Source: Yuukianura sp. NJ FZ-2021
Lineage: Eukaryota
Direction: 5' to 3'
Assembly (NCBI GenBank): GCA_046563655.1
Contig: CM102283.1
Location: 1,116,001 to 1,180,000 of the forward strand
Length of the DNA stretch: 64,000 nucleotides
The translations under genes and the position numbers were made by a program. Below are positions 1-12,422 of the stretch, in pieces; position 1 is the first letter of the stretch, and every line of letters starts with the position of its first letter. The notes beneath the pieces were generated by a model. That model did not search any database. It was given only the letters and a program-made list of their open reading frames with translations, and was not told the origin of the DNA.

Positions 1-3000
1 CCGAATTGTTTCCGACTGGAGAAAAACGGACACCAATCAGACACGGGGATAATTTGTTCCCCGAAGGAGAATTCTACAAACGCCCAGTTGAACCGACTCC
101 AAAAGGCGAACGAGCTCCGGTCAAAAAACCTTTAGACAATTTGAAAACATCCGAGGAGGAATTCAGCCAAAGAGTGACAGAAACTTTTACAATTGGAGAA
201 AAACGAAGCCCAATCCGACATGGAGACAATCTCTTCCCGGAAGGTGAATTCTACAAACGACCAGTCGAACCCATTCCAAAAGGAGAAAGAGCTCCAGTAA
301 AGAAACCGGAAGACAATTTGAAGCCATCCGAAGAGGAATTTGAAACTAGGCCAGTCAGCAGTGTTCCAATTGGTGAGCGACGAAGCCCAATCAAACACGG
401 AGACAATCTTTTCCCGGAGGGTGAATTTTACAAACGTCCAACTGAACAAGCTCCCAAAGGCGAACGAGCACCGACCAAAATTCCAAAAGACAATTTGAAA
501 ACATCCAAGGAGGAATTCAGCCAAAGAGTGACAGAAACTTTTACAATTGGAGAAAAACGAAGCCCAATCAGACATGGAGACAATTTGTTTCCGGAGGGAG
601 AATTCTATAAGCGTCCTGTCGAATCAGCTCCGAAAGGCGAAAGAGCTCCAGTCAAAAAACCCGAAGACAATTTGAAACCTTCTGAAGAAGAATTTGAAAC
701 GAGGCCAGTCAACAGAGTTCCGGTTGGTGAAAAACGAAGTCCAATTCGGCATCCCGACAACTTAAAACCCGAACAAGGGGAGTTTACGCAGAGGCCGGTC
801 AGCGATACTCCAAAAGCAGAACGTCGGACGCCCGTAAAACAGAAAGATTCTCTGTATCCTGAAGGTAAAATATTCCTTTTTTCAAAAATTCAATTGTACG
901 TTTTCGAAATTTTGATTTTCTAAATGTATGAATTTTCATTTCCAGGAGAATTCTACAAACGACCGCCAGAAAACGTTGGGCCTGGTGAGCGACGGTCTCC
1001 GATCAAACAACCCGACAATTTGTACCAATCAGGTCCGTTCTACGCCAAACCAAAAGATGTCGCTCCGCTGAAAGGTGACCGCGCAGACGTTCTTCGGCCA
1101 ATTGACAACCTGCGACCGTCCGGAGACGTCGACTATGGACACAAACCGACTGCAGTTCCAAAGGGAGATCGCTATGATGCAAAAAAACCAAAAGACAACT
1201 TGTCTCCCGAAGGAGAATTCTACAAGCGACCGAAAGAACAATTTCCAACAGGCGAGAGAAGAACGCCAAAGAAACCGCAGGATAATTTGCATCTTCCAGA
1301 TGGATTGTTTACGCAGAAGCCAATGAAGGAAGGACCCCTTAAGGCAGAGCGAGCAGAAATTAAAATTCCGTCGGACAATTTGAAACCTGGCGGGAAATTT
1401 TATGAGAAACCAAAAGACGACGTCCCGGTTGGAGAACGACGACGTCCAATTCGTCATGAAGATACACTCAAAACTGAAGGTAAATTTTTCTTCTGACGCT
1501 AAAAAAAACAATGGTGCATCGTAGTTAAAAAATTTTAAAAAAAAAACCTCCTTATTGCTTTTTCTTCAACTGCTCTTTTAGCTCTTGAATAAAACTTCAT
1601 CACTTTTTGTCTCTTGCCATCGTATTTATGTGGTTGTGGGCTTACTTTATTAAATTGCATATTAAAATTTCAAATTCCAAAAACTAACAAATTCTTCAGC
1701 TTCTTTACTCATAATTTCACCTGTCGCGTCCATTTTGTTGAAACATTGCTCATTTTTAGGTCAATTTTACAAGAAACCGGTTGAAGCCGTACCGGTTGGT
1801 GAGAAACGATCTCCGGTAAAACATCCCGATAACTTGTTTCCTGAGGGAGACTTTTACAAGCGACCGGTTGAGGAAGTTGGTAAAGGAGAGCGGCAGAAAC
1901 CGTACAAATACAAGGACAATTTGTTCCCGGAAGGCGAATTTGCAAAAAGAGATGCCCAAAAAGTTCCTGTTGGGGAACGAGCCGAAACGAAACGCCCGGT
2001 AGATAATTTGAAAATGGAGGGAACGATGGAACGGCGTCAGAAGAGTCCAGTACCCACCAAGGGAGAACGTGCACCCGTCAAGAAACCAACAGGTTGGTAC
2101 ATACGCAATAAAACTCTAAAATTTGACTAGGGTTGCTTAAATGTAATGTAAACAGAGACAAAAAAAAACTCAAAAAAAAAAAATCAGTGAATTTTTTGAA
2201 CTAAACTTTCATACAACTAAAAAAAAGGAAAGCTTCAAAGCTCCAAAAATTGAAATCCGTGACACCTCATTTAACACAATTGGGACAAAATTATCTCGTG
2301 CAAAAATCTCTCGATAAGTTGTATGTTAACTTTTGAATTTTCGTCGAAATGTTTTGAGAGGGCTCATTTTTTCTAAAAAAAAATTTGAGGACACAAAATT
2401 TCATTCAAGATTCTTCCGCATGGACAAGAGATTCAGAATTTTTTTTTTTTTGACAAATTTTTCTTTTGGAATTTTTTTTAATAACTGCAAAATATTTTAG
2501 ATAATTTGAAGATGGAAGGATCCTTGGACGTACTGGAGTCCATGAGCCGATCTCAGCACAGATCTTCCAGAATCGACACCATGAATTCTCTGATTCAAGA
2601 GCGAAACGAAGTCAACCGTCGTACGAAACACACAAAATCGCAGATTGTTCTTGGAGAGGACGAAGGTGATGCCCGGTTCGAGCGAACTACCGTTGGAAAA
2701 CGCACGACAATTGAAAATAGAAATGTAACCAATGGTCACTTATCACAAGAGAACACAATTGCATCATCAATTCGACAGTCAGCTGAAACGAAGACCAGCG
2801 AAGATCGATCCGTTGAGCAGAAAGTATTGTCCAATACGATCTCAGCTAAATCGAGCATGAATCAAACCATTCTGCTCAACAACGTGAATCGAAGTGCACA
2901 GGAGTCGTTGACTCACTCCCAATCAACCAATCAGGTTGCACAGACGACGTCAACGTCGAAACAATTGACGCAAGACAGGATGCAGCAGCAGTTGGAAGCT

Positions 3001-4578
3001 AACAAGCGAGCGACAACTGAAGTCCAAGTGAAACGAGAGATTACGGTGACACAGAGACAAGCTGTTGCGGGAGAGACTTATGCAAATGTAAGATCCATCA
3101 CGGGGACAAGCGATGCACAAACGCAGAATCTCGTTTCTTCTACTCAGAATCAACGCAAAGAAGTTTCAAATCAGGTGAGCAAGACGCATGCGTCGTCTGT
3201 CCAGCAAAACCATGCCACGCAGGCACATCACGCATCAACTTCACATGTCTCAACTCTTCAATCTGCGACATCCCAAAACCAAATGATTTCTGCACAGCAA
3301 TCAAATATTCAGCAGATGACTTCTGCACAGCAAGCAAGTCAAAACCAAATGATGTCTGCACAGTATTCAACCCAAAGTCAAATGACTTCTGCACAACATT
3401 CCAGCAATGTAAGCCAATCACAGAAGACGGGTCAAGAAATTCAAAACCAAACGTCTTCCCGCCAAACATCTCTCCAAAATCAAACTTCATCACTTCCGGG
3501 AACACTCCAGCGTCAAAACTCTTCCGTCCAACAAAGGAATCTCACCGATTTAAATCAGCAGTCTTCCAGCATCCGCCAATCTTCCACCAATCAAAACTCT
3601 GCTTTTGGATTTACTCAACATTCCAGTCAACAGAAGTCAATGACCTCCAGTTCTGAAACAAAGCAATCCAGTCACTTTGCCACTTCTTCTTCAACCCAAA
3701 GTCAAAGTTCATCAGCGATTCAGCGATCTTCCAGTGACGCTGCTCCCATGTCATCCGTCACCCAGTCTTCAACCTTCTCCAGAATTGGAGGAGGAGGAGG
3801 ACTCCAAGAAAAGACTTCTGCGTCAACACATTCCAGAATTGTCGATGCTGGATCTGCATCAACACATTCCAGAATTGTCGATGCTGGATCTGCATCAACA
3901 CATTCCAGAATTGTCGATGCTGGATCTGCACCGGCGCAGAACTGGGGCAGCCGTAACGAAGCCACCGGGAAATCCCCGTTTGCTTCTCAGTTGAGAGAGA
4001 CGACGACTTCTACTGCAAGTGGAACTCAGTCAGCCTCGTCCACAACGAGAGGTCAATCAGGGCTTGTGATTCGTCACGCAGAGGTCATCGGAGGTCACTG
4101 CCCTCTGCACCACTCTGGACTAAGCTCTGGATCAGGATCATCGTCTGCCCACTCCAGAAGCTCCAGTCACCATAGACTAGAAACTGGGCACTTGGTGTCT
4201 GGTGGCAGAGGTCAACAGGTCATTCGGCAAGACAATTTGGGAATGTCAGGAACTTTTGATGGTCAGACGTCATCGAGAAGCTCTTATGGAGCTCATACGA
4301 TTGGATCCAGTGAGAGAGCGGTGCCTGTGAGACGTAGTGGTGGAGGTCAATCTACAATTTCATTGGGTTCGTACAATCTCCTGGAGGGGTCAAGTAGGAG
4401 CAGGTCAGAGGTCAGGAGTAGTGCTAGAAGTGGAGAGTCGAGCAGTTACAGGACGGAATTTAAGCGGCAAGAAGTGAAACCGTGCCCTGCTGCTTTGCTG
4501 GAATCTGGAAAATCCCCGTACAAGTACGAGCGGCAGTCGTCCAGTCATCGATTTTACATGCCCGCAGTTTCCAACTAA
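1..4578 (+). CDS. 3' part of a large repeat protein: many GE(K/R)RxPxx(H/P)xDNLxPEGEF repeats, a Ser/Gln/Thr-rich region and a SAXO/STOP-like C-terminus. Exons ~<1-864, 946-1479, 1760-2092, 2501-4578
   Basis: ORFs 6-923, 924-1496, 1735-2130 and 2506-4578 join through GT-AG introns in consistent phase. The C-terminus SSYRTEF...PCPAALL...YKYERQSSSHRFY resembles the SAXO (FAM154) C-terminal motif. The family call comes from motif memory only. Confidence 0.6.
3818..3930 (+). repeat. 36-bp coding tandem repeat, about 3 copies (SASTHSRIVDAG)
   Basis: Direct repeats of tcaacacattccagaattgtcgatgctggatctgca. Confidence 0.9.
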
Positions 4579-6071
4579 AACTAAAACTAACTATGAATTT
4601 AATAATATGCACAGTTATGAAAAAATATAAAAATGTGGACAGACTGCTTTAATTAACGAAACTGACATTTGAACGATGTAGTTAACCATTTTAATTTCAA
4701 TTCCTCCAAAACACCGAAATTAGAAAGTTAATAGTATTAAGTAATAATTAAGTTTCTAAAATCTTCATTAAATATTTTCTAACCAAAATTCGTAATTGTA
4801 ATTATAAGTAAATTGAAATTATGTGAATTTGGTTAAGGTTTAATGGAGTCTTCCCTAATTTTTCTTCAAAGAATTAAAAAAAAAATTAAATACTAATTTG
4901 GTGCTTCAAACTAACAAAAAATTGACTAAATTTATTGAATAAAAGCAGGGTGAAAAATTACTTTTGTTGTTTCAAACAGTTTACAAATCAGTTTAACTGA
5001 AGAATTTTTTTAAATAAATACTTAAATTTATACAATTAAATTAATAATTAAAACTAAATTGCATCTGCTTAATTAAACTTGACCTTTGCGTGTCTCTACT
5101 CCCGTAAAGGTTAATGCTTCCTGACGAAAAGTAGCAACTCGCTTGCAATCACCACACGAAAAAAAAATCTAAAAAAATTTTTAAAACATTTAAAATGCAT
5201 TTCACCTGAAGTCATTATGATAATCAGGATTTTTTTCTTAGAAACATTGGATTCAATTAAAACTTTTTTTATGCTGTATGTATGCTGGTGATACTAGTAG
5301 ATAAAAAATGAAGCCAGAGAACGTTGAAAGTCAAGTTATGAAAAGATAAATTTTTTGAACAACAACATTTTGAATATGGCTTTCTAAAACAGGTCAATTT
5401 TGTACTTTAGTAGATTTTTCAATCGCTTGTTGTGGTTTTTCCTGACAAGACGCAAGTTGTGGTGACCCAAAACATTGAAGTTTGTCCCACTTACTAAATC
5501 AATAGGTCAGTGGAGTTTGCTACAAAGCAAACCCTAGTCGTATTCCGATTTTAAAACTCCAGAATTTCAATTTCTATTTTTCAAATTCTAAATTTCAGTT
5601 TTCAAAATCAAATTATTTGGAACGTCGAACTATCAAAGTCATTACATTTCTTTACCTCCCTCTTAAAGGATAACACGACTTTAAGTCAGGATTTTGCTTA
5701 AATCCGTCCTTTTTGTTCTTCACATTAAAAAATAGCTTCGTGTTCTGCACTAACCAGGTTAGTTTCCATTTCAAAAAAATAAGCAGAAGTTGTTTTTTTT
5801 TGCTCAATTTTTAAAAGTTGTGTGAAAAGCGGTTAAGCTCACTCAGTTTGAAAACTGCGAACTTTTGACAAGGCATAAAATCATTCAAGTACAAGTATAC
5901 ATTGTTGTGCAGTGTGAAGACCTAGTGAGGAGTCAAGAAGTTATCACTTTAATACTCGTGACCTCTGTGACCTTTGTTACTGTTCATAACCTTTCTCACC
6001 ATTCAAAAATTTTCAAAGTCAATCCAGTGTGTCCTCTCAGTTTGTTTTTGTGTTCGCAGTGCAGCTATACG

Positions 6072-8006
6072 ATGTCAAAATCTGTTTCTGTAGATAGAAG
6101 TTCCACTCCAAATGGAAGTAATGAAACGTCGAATGACGCAGATTCTTCACCCGACGATTTTTACAGCGGTGGACAGTGGCGACAATATTTTGCAGCATTT
6201 GCTGTCAACTTGTCCATGATGAGTGTGGGTAGTGTTTTTTCTTGGCCCGCCACTGCTGTACCCAATATGCTTAGCACTGCGTCGATTCCACTGTCCGTCA
6301 GACAAATCGGCTTGATTACTTCCATTTCGTCGGTAAACCAAACAATATTTACACGTTTATATTAAAATGTATAAAATTTGAAAAAAAAAAGTTTTCAATT
6401 TGGCTAATTTTTTGAAAATTTTAGTTGAGTGGCGTAATTGTGTGTCCACTGATGGGCTTCATTATACAAAAATTGGGCCTGCGCAGAAGCATGCTCACGC
6501 TCACAATTCCGCTTTTACTGGGATGGATTTTGATGATTTTTGCTAAAGACTGTTGGGTGCTAGTCGCTGGCAGATTCATAACTGGTATTTTTTTAAATTT
6601 TAAAAGCCAAGCTTTCAAAATCAAAATTTTTCGAAATTTGAAAAAAAATTTTTTTTGAGATTAGGATTTTGTTCCGGTGGAATGATCATAGCCAATCCCG
6701 TATTTTTGGCCGAAACTGCCGAAAAAAGTTAGAGGGCGTTTGGGATTTTCGTTTCAGATTATGTTCGCCTTTGGGGAATTATACATGTAAGGAACTTTTT
6801 CAAAATTTAGAAAAACTATACTTTTTTTCAAAATTGCTAATACCAAATTTTGGACATAGATATACTATAGGAGCATTTGTGTCTTGGCAGTGGCAAACCA
6901 TCGCATGTGCAATCATTCCTGCAATTTTTTACGTCCTCATGATTTTTGTTCCTGAGTCACCAAAGGATCTCATCACACGCGGCAACTTCGAAGAAGCTAA
7001 AAAGAATTTGGCATGGTTCCGCTGTGCGCCTGAGCCGGATTTGGTCCAACCAGAATTCGAAAGTGTAAGGTCCCAAAAATTTATTTTGAACTTGAGGTTA
7101 AAATTTTTGTGACATTTTTCAAAATTTCAGATGGTAAAAGCCGCCAAGGTAGCAGAATGCAATCAACTCGAGTTGAAGGATTACTTTTCGGCGCCAATTG
7201 TAAAACCTACGTTGATGTGTATGATACTGGTGTTCCTGTTTCCCGTCAGTGGAAGTTCGCCTACGCTGAGTTACACTGTGCAAATATTTGAATCAACAAA
7301 CTCTGGAAACAGTTTCTTGGCAACTATTTTTGTAGGACTGGCACAGTTGGTAGGATTTAGCGCCATTTTCAAAAAATGTGATCGAAAATTTGGGAACAAA
7401 TTCTTTTACTAAAAACCGGATTTCTGTTTTTAAGATTACGACAAGTGCTACCGCATTGTTTGTGGATAAGGTTGGACGTCGCCCTCTTCTGCTTCTATCG
7501 TCAGCTGGAATGGCCATATGTATGCTCACGCTAGGAAGCTACATGTACTGGGAGGCAAATTTTTGGCGGTTTTTCCCTATTTCGGTTTTGATGGCTTACA
7601 CGATACTGTTTGCATCCGGGTTTGGTCCGGTACCGTGGTTACTCATGGGAGAAGTGATTCCACCGGCAGCTAAAGGTATGCAAAACGGGCAATAGCACAT
7701 ACTTATTGTGTCAAATTGGATGTCGCATGTGATTGTTTACCATTTGTCGTATGTCATTTAGGTTACACTTCATCAGTCATCGTTGGAACATATCGTTTCA
7801 CTGCTTTTACCATCCTTTTCATCTACCCTGACATGGTAGAATGGTTGGGGTCGGCAATATGCTTTTTCGTATTTGGCGGCGCAGGAGTCCTTGCGACGAT
7901 TTACATTTATTTTCAAGTTCCAGAGACAAAACAAAAGACGTTGGCGGAAATCCAGAAGATTTACAGTAAACCACTTCCACAGCCGACACCGCATCAATGC
8001 GTGTAG
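6072..8006 (+). CDS. MFS sugar porter (Tret1/GLUT8-like facilitated sugar transporter), about 7 exons, with one apparent frameshift in an A-run at ~6722-6727
   Basis: Motifs seen: RQYFAAFAVNL, LGLRRSM, GRFITG, AETA..VRGRLG, VPESP, VDKVGRRPLLL, GFGPVPWLLMGEVIP, VPETKQKTLAEIQ. Introns are GT-AG. Confidence 0.9.
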
Positions 8007-8389
8007 ACATAAGTAATTTAGTTAACCTTGACGTTTGACCTCAAAAAGCTTGAAGTAATAAGCTCATACTTCCATTTTTTTTATTTACCAACAAACTTGC
8101 ATTTCAGGTATGATAATAAACAATTTTCAATTGTAATTTCAATGGTGTCGCATCGTGTGTGAATCTTTGTGTCTATTTTTTCGATTTTTGTCTCCATGTT
8201 TCCAGACATTTTTGTTATTGCTTCCATTAAATCTCGTTCGAGCAGTTTGATCTTTTTGAAGATGGCTCGTTTCCAGTGTTAGGCTCAGAATCGGCAGGTC
8301 ATTTTCTTCCCTTGTTTTGTGGAATGAACGGTTGAGTCGTTTGAGACATCTTCTGGGAAGGGGGAGAACGTGAGATTGGCATCCCGGAA

Positions 8390-9721
8390 GGAGATTCAAT
8401 AGAAATGGAGCTTTTAAGCCCAAAGTCCTTAGCCCGTCAAAGTCGAGTCCCTAGACTGGCCGAAGTCCGAAATTCAATCGAAACTCGGGACTCGACTTTG
8501 GCGGGCTTACGCCAAAGTCAAGTCTAAGCCCTTTTTGAGAGTTCACCCGTTCGGATCCCGCCGCCCTGCAATTTTTTTGAGCTTTTTTTTTAATCTTTTT
8601 TTTTCATATATTAATTAATACTGCAATTATTAATTATATTATATCGTATATACATCTATTATTACACTTAACATTAGTTATATTAATTAACGTTAACAGT
8701 AACAGTTTAGTGGTGTATGCAATAACATATGATAATTACTATATGAAATGATTTTTCGGTCGGGCATACATCATGCCTTCATCATGTATGTGAAGATATG
8801 CACGGTATATCATGCATATATCAGGTATATATCATGTATATGGAGATATGGACAGTATATCATGCATATATCAGGCATATATCATGTATGTGAAGATGTG
8901 CACGATATATCATGCATATATCAGGTATATATCATGTATATGGAGATATGGACAGTATATCATGCATATATCAGGCATATATCATGCATGTGAAGATGTG
9001 CACGATATATCATGCATATATCAGGTACATATCATGTATATGGAGATATGAACTATATATCATGCATGTATCATGTATACAGATATATGTCATGGATGCA
9101 TACTTATATTATGTACATAACACACAGAATATAATGCATTATATGCATAATAACAACATGAATACTTATATTACTTGCATATATGGCTAATATCATATGC
9201 ATATATAATATAAGAAGTAATTATATCATAATATAAATATGCCTGTTTATATTATATGCATATATGCACAATATCACTATGTATACTTATTTTATATGCA
9301 TATATGCATTATAAAATATAAAGCAGCGTATATAAAGCAGCGTAAACCATAAACATTATGTCAATGTTTATGGTTTTACCCTCATGAATTTTTAGAAGTG
9401 TGAAAATATTATAATCAATGCAGGTTTTCATTTAGAAAATTAAAAAAGTAAGTACAAAATTACGAAAGAACATGCTTAGACAATGCTAGGCCTGCTCTTG
9501 AGTAAGCCTGGGAAAGTCTTAGACTCTGACCAATTAGAAAGTCTATTGAATTCACGGATTCAATTGACTTGCATTTTTCTGGACTCTGCCTTGGCTTTGT
9601 CTATGCTTTGTCTCAGTTATTGGCTAAGTCTAAGGCTTGGTCTTAGACTTTGCCTTCTATTGACCGTACTTTGGGCTTGACTTTGGAAATGACCAGACTT
9701 AGAAACTCTATTGCATCTCCC
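8390..9721. mobile_element. Non-autonomous TIR/foldback-like element containing a minisatellite
   Basis: The ends ggagattcaatag and ctattgcatctcc are inverted. Subterminal caaagtcaag / cttgactttg repeats are in inverted orientation. cccgga flanks both sides (possible TSD). Confidence 0.55.
8770..9075. repeat. Minisatellite: two alternating 50-bp units forming a 100-bp higher-order repeat
   Basis: tatatcatgcatatatcaggtatatatcatgtatatggagatatggacag alternates with tatatcatgcatatatcaggcatatatcatgtatgtgaagatgtgcacga. Confidence 0.9.
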
Positions 9722-12348
9722 CCCGGATTCCAAGAGCAGAACAATAGTGGAAGCTCTCCAGGTCTCTCTTTAGCGAGAATTCCTTAATTGGAAATTTATT
9801 TATGAGATGTTATCTTTATTGAGAGTTCCTTAATTAGAAATTGGTTTGAGGAAGAATCTCTGGATGAAGGAAAAATCGCTGGGGAATGTAATTCCCCAAT
9901 TCCCGTGATACCATCTTAAACACTTGGAGCTTAACATCGGGAAATTTTCTTAATTGACTTTAATTTCGTTCTGCCCTTGAAATTTTCCTCTTTTTTTTAA
10001 CCTAATATTTGCAATTACTAATTATTGTGCATATTGTGCAATATTGCAGTGCAATTTACTAGTAGTACCTGCAACCATATTTTTTTTTAGATTTTTGTAT
10101 TTTTGGAAGTCCAGAATTTCAACTGATAATGTTTCGTTTTAATTACTCTGGGAACTTTTTTCCCACAGAAACGGAAAGACAAACTGATAAACTCATTAAA
10201 ATTAGACTTGAAGCTAATTTTCTCAGAAACCGAAGGAACATTTATTCTGTGCTATGAATAGCAGTTCTCGTTGCAAAGTGAGATACGGTAATAGGCCTAA
10301 TAAATTCTGCTAGAAGAACTGATTGGTACTTACTGATAGCGTATATAATAATTCAGAATATATAAATTTCGAAACAGAACCTTTTGGCAGTCTACTGGCA
10401 GTGCAGTATTATTCAATATCAAAGTGGTTGGTTACTCTACTAAGTTGCGAAGAATTGCTAAACGTCAAACAGCTAAAAAGTTTACTGATCTTTGAAGTGC
10501 AACAAAATGAAAGGTGACATCAATTTATGCATTCATAAGATAGTTAATATTATTTGTTAATAAGCCACTTCACGGCAATAGCAAAACATACTAATGCCAA
10601 TTCATTTTAATTTTCCTAAAATTTATACAAAGTGACTCGTACCGATTGGGTTTTGTAAATTTAAATACTAATTTGTCATTCAGCCCAGGATGTGTAGTAG
10701 AATATTCCATTGATGATAAAATACAACTTTTGAGCAATCCTGTACTTAAGCTGCAAAAGTTCTCTATAATATCATGCATTTTTAACTTAACCAAAGCTAA
10801 TTTGGGAATGAGACTCATATTAGTGTGAAATATTTCGAAATCATTCAACACTTGATTTGTACATGTTAGGTCCGGAGAGCTGGGTGACGTTGGCTAGGTG
10901 CGACGCGGATGCATGGGCGGCGACGGTGCTAGCAAGGTCAATTCGAAGGACTCTTACGACACGGCGACTCACAATTGCTATCTCTGAAAACGTCTCGCAA
11001 CCTATGAAGTAAAATTTTTCTAGTTAATTAATTTAGTGATCTTCAATATATTTTCCAGTATGTTTAATTCATACGGAACAAAACCAGCTAAAAACCACAA
11101 AATAAATTTTAGCACTAGTACAAACCAATCTAAACGCACATATATTATTGAAATACGTGAAAATTGTATGGAGACGATACATTTAAGTGGTTGTTAAAAG
11201 TGAATAATATGCCTAAAAATTTTAACTTTTCGTAATTTTATGCACAAATACATAGATTATACAGTATAAAGTATCTGGAGGTGTAACTGAAATTACTTTT
11301 TTATAGGGTTCTGTTACAACTGGATTTTGATTCCGTCGTGAGATTTGAATCGAGCGAAATAGGAAAGACGGGAAGTGAAATTTTTTGGCTATGGAACTTG
11401 CGGAGTTGGGAAAAATGTGTCTACGTCGATCCATATTCTTTCGTAAGCATTATATTTATAAGCACACATATATACTGAAATTCTTCTTTTAGTACATTCA
11501 ACTATTACAATGCATAATTACGGTGGCATTTCAGTTTTTATTGTAACGTAGGTAAGCAAGTATTCAGATGAATTGTTTGAAATGGCAACTTTTTCGGCGG
11601 TCGTCACCCGGAACCAAACGTCAAAATTTTCGACAGATATCTTCGTCTTTACTCCAAGTGCTCGGGAATTTGACGCACTTGTGGACTTGAACAATTCTGA
11701 CGGTAAAAATTTTCGTTACTTAAAACCGTCTCGTTCCGAAGAAATTTTGAAGAAATGAGTTTTGCTTGTGACCTACGCATGGCTAACTACAGTTTGATTT
11801 AACTAAATTTAGTTGACGTTAATGCGATACTCAACACTCGCTACAAACATTTGCTTCCAAATCCGAAACATCATATTCCACCGTCATTTTCGCTGAATTT
11901 AAAAGAGCCCGGCAACAACTCAAGGTATGCTGGATTTATATTATCTTATATATTGGTACTTATTATACATAAAGATATCTTCAAAGATGTTTACATAAAT
12001 AGAGAAAATTGTATATAATAACATATCCTACAGTCTTACGGGAACGAATATCATCATTTTTGGAGACTTGTTATGGAAGAAAAGCTGGAGTAATCATGAA
12101 AACTTCTATAAATGGACAGCAACCTTTGTACATGAAGTGATTCCTCAAATCAATCAACTAAAGGTAACAAACATTATTTATAACAATTTTTTAATAAAGC
12201 GGACTATCTAAATGAAAAGCATATTTTGGGAATTGTGGCGATTGGTCAGTTAGTCCCCACTGCCCATCGCCAGGATGGAGAGTGTATGAAGTGGCCCAGT
12301 CTCACTCCCATCACACACACCAGTTCCCTTCCCTGGACAAGCCAGATT

Positions 12349-12422
12349 GAACCGGTACCTCAATTGGTAGAGAGAGCAGCTTTCCGGAAAGAAAAGGTAT
12401 TGGTTCGAGTCCCACACGGTTC
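12349..12422 (+). other. tRNA-derived sequence (pseudo-tRNA/SINE-like) inside a ~250-bp copy-1-specific insertion in PKS intron 6
   Basis: A-box-like tacctcaattggtagag, B-box ggttcgagtcc, and acceptor-like gaaccg/cggttc pairing. The anticodon arm is degenerate. Absent from the same intron of copies 2 and 3. Confidence 0.6.

Noticed and set aside
8748-9190. Repetitive His/Tyr/Ile-rich ORFs, or a possible CRISPR-like array
   Set aside because: This is a tandem minisatellite with no unique spacers, in a eukaryotic context with no cas genes.
10507-12163. Stand-alone functional glycogenin gene
   Set aside because: There is no stop or glycogenin C-terminal tail after exon 6, which splices in frame to the KS exon. 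The catalytic motifs are degenerate.
12349-12422. Functional tRNA gene
   Set aside because: The anticodon arm does not form a canonical stem-loop, and the sequence lies in a copy-specific insertion.
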